Shown: in pieces, positions 42,057 to 54,832 of the stretch | How positions within the stretch are numbered: position 1 is the stretch's first letter | Layout of the letters: each line of letters starts with the position of its first letter | Source of the DNA: Octopus sinensis | Lineage: Eukaryota | Direction: 5' to 3' | DNA: 64,000 nt | NCBI RefSeq assembly: GCF_006345805.1 | Contig: NC_043013.1 | Location: 43,710,001 to 43,774,000, forward strand | Translations under genes and position numbers: made by a program | The notes under the pieces: generated by a model | Databases searched by the model: none | What the model saw: the letters and a program-made list of their open reading frames with translations, nothing else | Told to the model about the DNA's origin: nothing

Positions 42057-42981
42057 CATTTCTGTTAAAATACATTGCCTTTGTTTTATTTTTGAAAATA
42101 AGAATTTAGTAAAATAACCTGGTCTTTATTACAGTGGTGTTTGGAACAAATGAAATTTTGTAGGAAGGTTTTTAGATCATTTTAAAACAGGAAGTTCATA
42201 TGGAACCAGGGACAGGGCAGTCTCAAGGCAAGTTGGTATCAAAAGGATTAAAAAGAGCATTCAGGACTTAACCTTGTGTCCTATCAAAGAAAGGATTATT
42301 AGTAAGTTTTCTTTAAGCTCAATTCAATTAACTATACTTCTCTGGAACCAACTGAAGAAAAATTGTTTTGGCATAGCAAGTGTGGTTAGTCCCAAAATGC
42401 CAACTAAATTTGCAACTCACTTTCAACCTTAGAATGTAATGATTCTTCCCACCTACTCATCAAGTTAATAATGCCCTGACTTTATTGATGTGCCACCGCT
42501 GGTAAATAATCCATGAGAAAAATCAAATTTTTCTAATTACAAATGTGTGCAGTCATTTGTTAGTGCCAGGTAGCATTTTTTTTTCTTTTTTCAAACTTGC
42601 TGCCACTATACCAGCAAGTTAGAAAAGAAACCTTAAAGTATTCAGTTAACATACGACCTCAACTCAGATATTTACTTATAAAATAATTCATGTACATAGT
42701 CATTTTATCTACTCATGCAAGCATTAAAAAGTGACAATGACTCAAGTCAACCTCTTATTAAAAACAAAACACCTTTTTTTTTTTGGTGGATGGAGGAGGC
42801 TAAAGATTAGCAATTTTTCATTGGATTGAAGACTTATTCTGTGTATATGAACTTTTCTAATTGTCTTTTGCTAATTCACACAAACCGATAATGAATTTCA
42901 TTAATAAAGAAGTATGGTAAATACTGTATTAAAATTTGTACCATACTAAATATATCACATTTACATACAAGTTATACCATA

Positions 42982-43206
42982 TACAAGGGGTGGTGGGTTG
43001 CTGAAAAATTCCTGGCTTTAAGAGCATCACAAAATGTCTGGTTGGAGGCCCAACTTTACGAGTTCTTTTACATAACTTAGAAAAACTGAAAGACTGCTGC
43101 AAAAAGTGTGTGAATCAGAGGGGAATATGTTGAATAAAATCATAATTAACTGATCCTCCTGTATTTTCTTTTACCCAAAGCCAAGAACTTTTCAGCACCC
43201 CTCATA
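42982..43206. mobile_element. Mariner-type MITE
   Basis: TACAAGGGG..GCTGAAAAATTCCTGGCTTT / AAAGCCAAGAACTTTTCAGCACCCCTCATA imperfect TIRs. Confidence 0.7.
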
Positions 43207-46158
43207 CATTAATCAATGTAATTTACTATAATTAAAGACGGGGTTTACTTTTAATTACTTCGAGTTCTTGCTATTGTGTGGGTTGCCACCAATGCTACTT
43301 TTCTATTTTTTTCATCTGAGATTGTCACTAATACAATGATAGATTGCACCCTGAATTTCAGTACCTAAATAAAATGTACTATCTGTACACCAGTAGACCT
43401 GAAATTTTGACCCCAAATCCTACTTTTATAAGAATACAGGCATCCAACATCAAAGAAGTGCATTCTTGAAAATTGATTCCCAATTCTTCTCCATTGTTCT
43501 ATATTACACAGAGAAACATTATGTTACAGAATTTCATATTCTGAAAAGATTTTAACAAAATACAACACTTCTGAAATGAGATACCTGAATTTACAAAATT
43601 TTATATTCACAAATTAAATTCAAAACCACCTTGACTATAGTATAAAAAAAATAAATTAACTCCCCACTCATGACATGTCAAATTACTCAACATGAGAACC
43701 CCAATTTTACTAAGTTTAAATGTATTTCATGCACATATTTTAACAACTTGATCTTTGCTTCATACATTGTGATTTGGTCACTTTGATAGTATAGCCATTG
43801 AAGTTACTATATCAACTTATGCAACAAATTGCTAACTGGGTAAGATGTTTGTTATATTAACCCTTTTGTTACCATATTTCTCTTGAAATACAATGCCCAT
43901 TTCAATTCACTTTCAAAAATGATTTTAATAAATTAAATTCAAAAATGACAATGAATGTAAACAAAGTTTGCTTTAGAAGCGTTGAGATGCCTTAGAAAGT
44001 TAAAGAAGTGACATTAAATTCTCAAAAGCAGGATAATGCTAATAATATAGCCTGAACAGGATAAGCTACCTCTATTTTGCAGAAAAAAAGTGTTGGCAGC
44101 CAGCTATGAGTGGGCGGGTTAGCTTAAAGGTTTAGAGCACCGCGATGCGTAATCACGGAGGTGTGAATTAATAAATTTAGTCATTAAGCTTGTGCTCAGA
44201 AATTAATGAAATTTTTTTCTTATAGAAGTTTTCAGATCATTTTAAAACAAAAAATTTGCATTGTAACTCAGGGTGGTTTCTGGCAAATTGGTATCAAAAG
44301 AGTTAAATGTAGATAAATCCACAATGAACACAGAATCTGAAATCCCAATTTTGCTACACAACTATCCCTCTAACTGCATAAGATATCTTTTCAGGTGAAG
44401 AACAAACAGGATAGTATCTTGCTCACAAAAATACAAAAGACTATCTGTACTAAGATGTAAAATCTGTGTACAGTAGAGTGGGCTAAGATATTCAAGAACT
44501 AGTGACAATATCTGAAGTATTCATGGGAGTCTGGCTGTATCAGCTTTGATGGAATAGAATTTCAACACATCTCAAGAGCCAACAAGTGTCAACCTGCCAA
44601 ATATTGCTTTGTATATGAATACCAGTCTTTAATGAGTTTTAGCTATAAAATTAGCAAAGACTAATACTTATTAGTTACACAATATGCTGCTCTGCTGTCA
44701 ATTGTTGGTAGAGTCAAAGAAAGCTCTTCACAAATTAAAAGATTTATAAAGATATTTACTCAATAGTGACCTACATTTAATAAAACTGACTTGTAGCAAA
44801 TTGGGTTAAGAGGACAGTCTATATGAATCAAGAAATCAAATGAAACCTACAATAGGTGATACTAATCCACCCCCACCCCAGGAAGATTAGATAATCACTA
44901 GATTACATAGCTTCATTGCCCTTCTTAGCTGTCTTTATCTAAAATCCTTATCTCTTTCAATAACATCTTAGAAAGTGAATGAGTAAGAAAAAACAACTAG
45001 TGGTTGTGTGGTAAGAAGCTTGCTTCCCAACCACATGGCTCCAGTTTCAGTCCCGTGTAACACCATAGGCAAGCATCTTCTACTGTAGCCTCGGGCTGAC
45101 CACAAAGCCTTGAGAGTGGATTTGGCAGAAGGAAACTGAAAGTGTGCCCCCCAACACACACGTGATGGTTTGTTTATATCCCTGTAACTTAGTACAGCAA
45201 ATGAAACCGATAGGATAACAGAATTTTGAAAAAAGGTGGGGAGGTGATTCAACTAACTAAAAAAAAAATAAGGCGGTACCACAGCATGGCCACAGTGTAG
45301 TGACTGAAACAAGTTAGGAAAAATTAATATTTACCACACACACACACATCCATAGCCACATGGGTTCATGTTCTCATTGCATAGAACCTAGGGAAAATGT
45401 CTTTTACTGCATTCTTAGGCTGACCAACAAAACCATAACAAAACATGTTAACAAAATCATTCTGTAGATCTGCTTTCAAACAAGTCAAGTAAATAACCCA
45501 CCAGGTGAAAATATCTAAGGATTAGTGGGCAGGAAAGGTGTCTGGTTGTAAAATACCTCAATTCCGAGTGCTATTATGGAGAATCCCATTTAAAACAAAT
45601 AGACATTAACACCGAAAAAAAAAAAATACCCACCACTAAAACCATCATGAGACTAATTTACGACTGTCACTACTATTGAATTCTGATCCAGCAATGAAAT
45701 TTCAACTCCTACTCTTTGGTCAATGCTTTGCCATATCCTCTCAACCAGAAAAAAATTTTTTTAATCTAAACCAAAATGTAAACAAAGAATCAGATGCTAT
45801 TGCTAGGAAATACCCACCCATCTTTGTCTTTTACTAGTTTTAGTCAGACTGATCATACTGGGGTACCTCTTTGAATCATTGGTCCAACTAATCAACCACA
45901 GTACTGTTTTTTTTTTTGAGCCTTGTACTTTAGTCACTTTTGCCAAACCACCGTTACAGGAACATAAACACACCAACACCGCTTTCCAAGCAACATACAC
46001 ACACCAAATCCACTCCTAAGGCTATAAAGGACACTTGCCCAAAGGCACCATGCGGTGGGACTGAACTTGGTATCATGTGTGGTTGGGAAGCAAACTTCTT
46101 ACCACATCTGTGGCTAGACAGCTATCAAAATTTCTTTTTAACTATTTACTATTTCAGA

Positions 46159-46353
46159 ATGGCTAAGAAAGGCCAGAGAATACCAAAGGAAAAATTAAAC
46201 AAGAAGCTTCAGGACCATACCAAAAATGAATTGGAGAAATACAACAAGTTGTATAATCCACAGGCTCATAAAGAGACAACTACAAAGGAGCCAGAAGGTT
46301 TAACTTTGGCACAAATAATTCAAAAGAAAAGAATGAAGAAGAAAAAGCAATAT
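46159..46353 (+). CDS. Exon A of an uncharacterised Lys-rich protein gene
   Basis: TTTCAG|A-ATG acceptor. 65 codons MAKKGQRIPKEKLNKK...KKRMKKKKQY. Phase-0 donor TAT|GTAAGA. Confidence 0.7.
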
Positions 46354-46787
46354 GTAAGATATCCTTTTCACTATTTAGTCCAAAGTCCAAACAGGATTTT
46401 AGGGTCATGGTTGTAAGACAGGGATTATAAAGAGGAAAAACCAAATGTAAAATGGATATCTTAGGATAAGCAAAACTAAGTCTACAAAAAACAAAAAGTT
46501 TCTTACCTTGTACCTTTGCAGAAATTATAGAAAGCCACACAGGAAGGTAAACACTGCTGGTACATATAATCAGTATATCACATGTTCAAACTTCTGTGTT
46601 TTTGTCAACACAATACACGAAGACATCTTGTATAAATGGAATCGATATCTCAAATCATTAAATTAAATTACTGCTTTTGTATATTAAATCCCAAAGTTAA
46701 TTGTGGGTACTAGTTAACTCACCTGCCTGTATTTCTAGTTATGTTCCTTATTATAGTGCCTATTAACAAATTCTAAAACTATTTCAG

Positions 46788-47021
46788 AAACCAGGCCTTG
46801 ACCCAAAGAAAGATATCTGGAACAACATTGATGCATTAGAGAAAAAAGTTGACTATAACCTCAGTGTGCTAGCTTGCACAAACCAAATTGAAAACCCTTA
46901 TGTGGATGAAGAAATATGGAACCAATTCACAAGTCTTGACTTTGTACAAAGTATGGATATGTTCTTAAACAATACCATGTATGATGTACAAGGTTTGTTA
47001 AAGAAACTTTCAGTGAATTAA
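46788..47021 (+). CDS. Exon B (terminal) of the same uncharacterised gene
   Basis: TTTCAG acceptor. In phase 0: KPGLDPKKDIWNNIDALEKKVDYNLSVLACTNQIENPYVDEEIWNQFTSLDFVQSMDMFLNNTMYDVQGLLKKLSVN*. AATAAA ~20 nt after the stop. Confidence 0.7.
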   Translation, partial: KPGLDPKKDIWNNIDALEKKVDYNLSVLACTNQIENPYVDEEIWNQFTSLDFVQSMDMFLNNTMYDVQGLLKKLSVN

Positions 47022-47404
47022 GCTGTTTTGTCTGAAGTTTAAATAAATGTGTCAAAGTATATTGTTGTCTTATATTTTCGTACAACTTTTTATCATTTCA
47101 GTCTTCTGCAAAATAGGACCATGCAATAGTTTGTAATCTGACAACTTGCCAAATGCAAGTCTAGTCCCAGATACACAAAATGTACTTTGCAGGTGTTTTG
47201 ATTCAAGAGAAATTTTACTGGTACTTTTAGCAGAATAAAATCATTCTTGCTTTGAGGACAATCACTAAATAGAATCGCTTTTGTTTCTCGTAAGAATTCT
47301 CAGTCTACACAAGTGTTGCTGGCCCTTAGTGATACATATATTGATAGCAAAAAAAAAATAAAAGGACAAAAAAACCGAGCTGAAACAATGATTAAATTTT
47401 ATAT

Positions 47405-47410
47405 TTTATT
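47405..47410 (-). terminator. Candidate polyadenylation signal of hsc70
   Basis: AATAAA on the minus strand ~410 nt after the stop codon, followed by T-rich sequence. Confidence 0.5.
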
Positions 47411-47816
47411 TGAATCAGAGAATTTTTTTTTTTTCAGCATTAACAATTGGAGTTTGACAACTATTAAATTTTAAATTTTTAAGCAATTTCTTTGTAGAAA
47501 GGGGGGGAAATGTGATTTTGGCATAAAATAGAGCCCTATAAAGCTAAATATAATTAGTAGGATTATGTTTACTAGTCCTAAAGAATTCTATAAACAATAA
47601 ACAAAGCTATAATTTGTTTTACATATATCAGAGAAATAAACTTTATATTGCTAGTGTGAAGATGCAAGTGAAATGTGCACCTAATTTAAAGCTTAGACAA
47701 ATGAACTCTCAATGCTGAGAGAGCTTACTTTTCATTGAAAAACTTATATAAAAATGTTAAAATAAATATAAGAGGGAAGCAATGTGATGTGCCCAGAATA
47801 TAGAATGAAAAAGGTT

Positions 47817-48256
47817 TTAATCAACCTCTTCAATGGTAGGGCCACTGCCTGCTCCTGATGTTGCACCATCAGTGGAACCTCCGAAATTTGGCATACCACC
47901 AGGCATACCTCCTGGCATACCACCGGGCATGCCACCAGTAGCTTGATAGAGCTTTGTGATGATGGGGTTGCAGACTTTTTCTATTTCTTTTTGTTGATGT
48001 TCAAACTCTTCTTTTGATGCCAGTTGATTCTGATCTAGCCAACTAATTACTTCTTGACATTTATCAATAATTGTTTTCTTATCACTTTCGTTAATTTTGT
48101 CCTTCACTTTCTCATCCTCTACTGTTGATTTCATGTTAAAAGCGTAACTTTCCAAAGAATTCTTGGCTGAAACACGCAGGCGTTGCTCTTCATCTTCCTG
48201 TCGATATTTTTCAGCTTCGTTAACCATTCTTTCAATGTCGTCTTTAGAGAGACGGC
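47817..48256 (-). CDS. HSPA8: Hsc70 coding exon 6 (terminal)
   Basis: [12 protein letters not shown]...[16 protein letters not shown]...GPTIEEVD*. 440 nt. The six exons sum to 1956 nt = 651 aa + stop, in frame. Confidence 0.97.
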
Positions 48257-48467
48257 CTGAAAATAAGAGAGAAATTTGTAAGCTCAATTCATGTCAGCAA
48301 TCTCTATCAACATACAATGCAAATATTAAACCCCAACCTACAGAAAACACTAAATACCACCACACACTTAGTAAAACTGGATAAAAAAAGATTTTCACAA
48401 CCAGTGTCCCCCAAAATTTACTATCAACTCCAGAAAATTTTAAAACTCTGTAAACAGTAAAACTTAC

Positions 48468-48869
48468 CTTTGTCATTTGTGATGGTAATTTTGTTCTCTT
48501 TGCCTGTACTTTTATCTGTGGCCGATACATTCAGGATACCGTTTGCATCAATATCAAAGGTTACCTCAATTTGAGGAACACCTCTAGGTGCTGGAGGGAT
48601 GCCTGTTAGCTCAAATTTTCCAAGCAAGTTGTTATCTTTGGTCATAGCTCTTTCACCTTCATAGACCTGGATCAGCACACCAGGCTGGTTGTCTGAGTAT
48701 GTGGTGAAAGTTTGGGTCTGTTTGGTTGGAATGGTAGTATTTCTTTTGATTAATGGTGTCATGACACCGCCAGCAGTTTCAATACCCATGGACAGTGGTG
48801 CTACATCAAGCAGTAGCAGATCTTGTACTTCTTTGTCTTTTTCTCCTGAGAGGATGGCAGCCTGAACAG
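48468..48869 (-). CDS. HSPA8: Hsc70 coding exon 5
   Basis: AVQAAILSG...[22 protein letters not shown]...ITITNDK (linker and substrate-binding domain). 402 nt, AG/GT boundaries. Confidence 0.97.
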
Positions 48870-49022
48870 CTAGAAATACAAAACATCAAAAGTCAATCAA
48901 TATACTTCTAACTATTGATAACAGCATCAAGTAGGTTAGATTTAACGCTATGGTGACTCATTACAAAATTAAGGTAGGTAATGTTAGCCAATTGAATAGA
49001 AACAGACAAAAACAAAACTTAC

Positions 49023-49578
49023 CGGCACCATATGCAACAGCTTCATCTGGATTAATGCTCTTGTTCAATTCTTTGCCATTAAAGAAGTCCTGCAATAATC
49101 TCTGAATCTTGGGGATACGAGTTGATCCACCAACCAATACAATCTCGTGTATCTGAGCTTTGTCTAGTTTAGCATCTCGCAGTGATTTCTCAACTGGTTC
49201 AAGGGTACTCCTGAAGAGATCAGCATTCAACTCCTCAAACCTGGCTCGGGTGATGGTGGTGTAAAAGTCAATTCCTTCATACAAAGAATCTATTTCAATG
49301 CTGGCCTGGGTGCTTGAAGACAAGGTCCTCTTAGCACGTTCACAGGCAGTTCTCAACCGTCGTACAGCACGTTTGTTGTCAATCAGATCTTTCTTGTATT
49401 TTCTCTTGAACTCCTGAACAAAGTGAGTTACCATACGGTTGTCAAAATCTTCACCACCCAAGTGAGTATCACCTGCTGTTGATTTTACTTCAAAGATGCC
49501 GTCTTCAATAGTTAAAGTGGAGACATCAAAAGTTCCACCACCAAGATCATAGATAAGAATGTTTCTTTCACCACCAAC
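49023..49578 (-). CDS. HSPA8: Hsc70 coding exon 4
   Basis: [20 protein letters not shown]...RARFEEL...[14 protein letters not shown]...[10 protein letters not shown] (signatures 2 and 3). 556 nt, AG/GT boundaries. Confidence 0.97.
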
Positions 49579-49744
49579 CTAAAAAAACAAGATGTAACAG
49601 TACATTTTAAGAAACCACCAACCTAAAAAACGATGTGACATAAGAAAACTTGTGTAATGCATATCAAGTGAAAAATTGTCACATTATTTGCAAGTGTTGA
49701 CAGGGTAACATACAAAGACAACTTTTATATAATGCAGTAAATTA

Positions 49745-49918
<174 letters not shown>

Positions 49919-50019
49919 CTACAACAAAGAAAACAAAATAAGATGGAAAAAGTCACACAGGAGAACATATTACACACGTTAGGGACTCGAGTAAAAAGCT
50001 ACACGTTATCTGAACTTAC

Positions 50020-50225
50020 CCTGCCCAGATAGGCTTCTGCTGTTTCCTTCATCTTAGTTAAAACCATAGAAGAGATTTCCTCAGGAAAGAAAGTCTTCTC
50101 TTCTCCTTTGAACATAACCTTCAGTTTTGGTTTGGTGTTTTCATTTGTGACCGTAAACGGCCAGTGTTTCATGTCACTCTGGACTGATTTGTCATCAAAT
50201 CGACGTCCGATTAGACGTTTTGCAT
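50020..50225 (-). CDS. HSPA8: Hsc70 coding exon 2
   Basis: [12 protein letters not shown]...[26 protein letters not shown] acceptor, GTAAGT donor. 206 nt. Confidence 0.97.
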
Positions 50226-50321
50226 CTGTACAAAAATAGCAAAACAATTATTTCCACCAACTATCACCAATTTAGAAACTGGTTACAAGCTAATATAAAT
50301 AAGAGCAAGATTGTTACTCAC

Positions 50322-50520
50322 CAAAAACGGTGCTCTCTGGGTTCATGGCAACTTGGTTCTTAGCAGCATCTCCGATGAGACGCTCGGTATCAGTAAATGC
50401 CACATAGCTGGGAGTGGTACGGTTTCCTTGGTCATTGGCAATGATTTCAACCTTGCCATGTTGAAAGACACCTACACATGAATAGGTGGTCCCCAAATCT
50501 ATTCCGACTGCTTTTGACAT
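50322..50520 (-). CDS. HSPA8: Hsc70 (cytosolic constitutive HSP70) coding exon 1
   Basis: [43 protein letters not shown] (HSP70 signature 1). Acceptor TTTCCAG|A-ATG, donor G|GTGAGT. 199 nt. Confidence 0.97.
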
Positions 50521-53087
50521 TCTGGAAAGAGATAAAAAAGAAAAAAAATTCACATAATTACATAGGTTAATGTTTACAATATTACCTGGAAACGAAATAA
50601 ATAAAATTAGTACAACGGGTGTAAAAAAAAAAACGTGTAGGAAACGAATATGAAAACATAAGTGCACAGAAAGTAAAGGGCTGTTTGGGGGAGAGGACTT
50701 CGGGAAAAATCACAAGATCCGAATTTTCCCCCCACATAACTTGAGAAATAAACTTTTTGTTCAATGAAACTTAACGGAAAACAGAGAGAGAGAGAGACAG
50801 ACAGAAGGCGGATACTAAAAAAATATTAAAAACAAAAAAACGTTAACGAAAACAGAACAAGGCGTTTGTTTCAATATCTAAATCAACTTTGTCCTACTTA
50901 AACAGAACGACTTTCAATACTGACATTAAGGACTGTGACATTTATAATAAAAAAAGAAAGAAAACGATCCACAGATATACAAGAATGCTAAACTACATTA
51001 AGCATGCTTCAAGATAGATCTATTCAAAATTCCTTCATAACCAAACTGTAGCAATCTTCAAAACCTACTTCAACCACAACATACATATACACTAGATCAT
51101 AAAATATGTTTAAGGCTATCAGTTTACTTTTTCTGCTTTCATAAACGATCGACGAAATCGTATCTACACTGTCAATGCAAAATTAAACATCTTGTATTTA
51201 TGAAATTCCATGTTGAAGATGTTTTCAAACTGTTGAAAAATTGAGAAAAAGTCTTTTCAGATGTCGGTTAAATAATTAAATAAGGCGAAGTGATAGCAGA
51301 ATAGTTAGAGCGTCGGAAAAATTCCTTGCGGTTTTATGTTCTGGCTCTTTACATTCCGAGTTCAAATCCTGCTGAGGAGGTAAATATTACCTCTCATTCT
51401 TTGGGGGTGGTCGATTCAGTAAAGAAAGTACCTGCCAAGTACTGGGGGGGGGGGGAATTAATGGTACCAACTGACCTCCACCCTTCATTTTTTTGCTAGC
51501 ACTGTCCCCGGTCAAAGGACGAATGCAAGAAAGGAAGAAAGAACCATGCATGTAGCAAATATGATGGTATGTCGTCGCTCCATGTTTTGGTAAGTTCCGG
51601 ATTCACTTCGAAAAAAGAAAATAGGAAGAAAAGAAAAAACAAAAACAAAAAAATTCCAGATGGTTTTTCTTTGACAGTTTAAGTTCGACACCGCAAAGAT
51701 AACGTTTCATTCTTTCACCATTAAGCATTTTACAAACAGCTACAAAACACACTATCATATATACATATGTATTTATATATACACATACACCTGATTAGAT
51801 TTCCTTTCTAGCCAGACTTGGCAGCAGTAGCAGAGTTATATCACACACAGACACACACACACTCATAGACACACACACACAGACACACACTCACAGACAC
51901 ACACACACACTCACAGACACATACTCACAGACACACACACTCACAGACACACACACACACTCAGACACACACACACAGACACACACTCACAGACACACAC
52001 ACACACTCACAGACACATACTCACAGACACACACACTCACACACACACACACACTCATAGACACACACACACAGCATGAGGCGAAACCGAAGAACATTCC
52101 AAGCGCTTCCAAAAGCTTTTCATTTCAAAAAAAATTCTTCACAAACTATAAACATTACATCAACAGCGACATGCTAAATTAAATTTGCAATGAATATTTT
52201 ATGGAATGGAAATTATTCCGACAAGGAACACAAACAAACGTAAACACAAAATTCTACACTTTTCTATAGAAAAGACTTCGAAGCAAAACTTATTAATGGC
52301 GAATACGAGAAGAAATCTTTGAGAAGAGACGACACATTTGTGTAGTTTGCATATATATATAATTATGTGGTGTGTTTATCATTAAAACATAGTTTAGGGG
52401 GTTTGTTGTGATGATAGTTAATAGTTGTATTTCTCACTGAGACGGGAGAAATAGGAGAGAAACCATAATAATGGTTTATGGATGGTTTCTCTTCGACAAA
52501 TAATGGTGAAGAACCGCTTCATGTGGAATATATTAGCAGAAAACTGGCAGAATAAAGGATGTAAACATATGCTGTGGCACTCATTGCTGTCTCCTCTCAA
52601 CGTTTATTAGTTGGAGACGATAAATATTTGTAAAAGACAACAATGTAAGGAGCGAGGAACGACGCCAATCGATACAAGATGGTTCTAGAACCAGCAGAAC
52701 GGTGGATGGTTAAATAACATGAGAGAGGCTTGGCTTTAAGTTTATTATTTGCTGCTTGTGGACTCTCTTTTGTGTTTGTCTTCGTTCAGTGTTGTTAGAC
52801 AGGTACATTAGCATTAAATATAAGCGATTATGTGCATGATAGATTAAGCGGAGGATCGAGATCAAACGATATAAAAGAGGAGGGAGACGGGAAAAGAGGA
52901 GAAAAAAAGATGGTTCGAGAATCATCATAAAACGGTAACACAAGCATAAGAATATTTGGGAGGTTGGCAAGGAAAGATCGAGGGGAATAAATCAGGAACC
53001 GATGCAATTGCTTGCACGGAAATGTAGCGAACGATCCAAAGAACCGTTAGAGAATGTAAATAGAATAAATAACAGGTTCGGAAATAC

Positions 53088-53158
53088 CTCAATTGCCTTC
53101 TCAAGCACGGAGCTTCGGCGACAGTAGACCAATTGCAAGTGAAGCAATGTCTGAAAAG
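53088..53158 (-). other. HSPA8: Probable non-coding exon 1 of hsc70 (5' TOP-like start)
   Basis: Minus strand begins CTTTTCAGAC ~30 nt after a TTTAAG TATA-like box and ends GAG|GTATTT. Coding exon 1 has an acceptor 1 nt before ATG, so an upstream UTR exon is required. Exact TSS is inferred. Confidence 0.6.
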
Positions 53159-53184
53159 ACTGACTACTTCTCGTTGAGGTTTGG

Positions 53185-53248
53185 CTTAAACTGAATCAAT
53201 GACGTCACTCGCAATAACCAATCAACACGCAACAGAACGTTCTGGAAG
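53185..53248 (-). promoter_or_regulatory. hsc70 proximal promoter: HSE, CCAAT, CRE, TATA-like
   Basis: Perfect three-pentamer HSE aGAAcgTTCtgGAAg 53234-53248, CCAAT 53218-53222, palindromic CRE TGACGTCA 53200-53207, CpG-enriched unique sequence. Confidence 0.75.
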
Positions 53249-53784
53249 CGAAGATTATTTTTCTTCTTTTTTTTTTTTTTTTTTCAAATTTAAAAAACAA
53301 AAAAAATTTATATTTTTTTTTCCATCCTTTTTTCTCCTTTTAAACAATAAACACATTATATTGCTCGACATGCAAAGCCAATATTTTTTTATTATTTCAT
53401 CAGCTTAGTGAATAATATTGTTTGGTAAAAAATGACAGTCACATGTGTCTTTATTTCGCTCGTTAAATTATTATTATAAAAAAAAAAAAAACAGCACAGC
53501 ACATGAATACCTCATTTCACTTTTCTCCTACCATCCCTCGTGTGTTGCATGTGTGTGTGTGCGCGCGTGTGCTTGTGTGTGATGCATGCGTGTGTGTGCG
53601 TGTGTGATGCATGTGTGTGTGCGTGTGTGTTTGTGTGTGTGTGTATGTGCGTGTGTGTGTGTGCGTGTGTGAGTCTGTGTGTTGTGTGAGTGTGTGTTGT
53701 GTCTGAAGACTATGTATTCTCGAACCATCCAAAAGGCAGGAGTGTATAATTGTTACTACACACGCATAAATGTGTTCGAGTAAG

Positions 53785-53828
<44 letters not shown>

Positions 53829-54797
53829 GTGTGTGTGTGTATGTGCATAATTTATGAAAAGGTTATTGCTTTATGCTAATAAAATTATTTATTTGAACAA
53901 TAATGATAGTTGTAGCGGCGTGCAAAATATTTTATCAGAAGAAAAATATACACGTGTGCTATATATATATATATATATATCGCCCCAGCAATGGCAGTGC
54001 CCCAGCATGGCCACAGCTCGTGAGCTGAAACTAGATAAAATAAAATAAAATAATGAGTGTGTAACGTGTGTGTGCATATATATATATATATATACACAAA
54101 CATGTATATATGCATGTGTTTATATATGTGTGTGTGTGTGTGCACATAAATAAATAAAAAAGATACATTATGTGTTTGAGCAGCCTGGCATGCATTTATG
54201 TATTTATTGTAAATCAGCAGTGGGAAGCCGGTTTAGTTTTCTAGTGCAACAGTTGCTTCGATGGAATCCAGGAGAAAGGTCACGGGAAAACTTCAGTCAA
54301 TGACTTAATGTTTCACTTTATTATTATTATTATTTTCTTTTTATGCTATTGCTTCATCTAAAGTATCGAATAAAACGTAATTTTTTTCCGTACACATGTA
54401 TTAGCAGTTTATAAATTGTGTTGTCATTGTGTACAGACACGGACCAGGTATTTTTTAATTAATTTGAAACAACTTAAAATAGTTTATTATTATTATTATT
54501 ATTATATATGATAAATGAAATGTGACATATATTCTTAGCCAAAATCGTGGGGTTTTTTTTTTCCTAGGCACTTTATTTCGGATCCACCAAAAATGATTTA
54601 ATAAAAATTAACGTGGCTAACAAAGGCCAGGTGATCGGTTAACGAACATTTTACCTAAGGCTTTTTAAAATTGTTTCCCATTTACATTTTTTAAATATAA
54701 AAGCAGTGGGCGTGGCTAACCATGTGGTTTCATTTTCAGTCACAAATCCATTTGACTGAATTTAGTAGACGGAAACTGAGAGAAGCCTCTCTCTCTC

Positions 54798-54832
<35 letters not shown>

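Noticed and set aside
44112-44170. tRNA-like sequence (GGTTAGCTTAAAGGTTTAGAGCACCGCG...CACGG)
   Set aside because: Only D-arm and anticodon-like stems are present, with no T-arm or acceptor 3' strand. Probably a truncated SINE head.
52786-52928. Possible C/D snoRNA in hsc70 intron 1 (ATGATGA...CTGA, minus strand)
   Set aside because: The 143-nt span has a weak terminal stem, no recognisable rRNA complement, and overlaps an HSE and a polypyrimidine tract.
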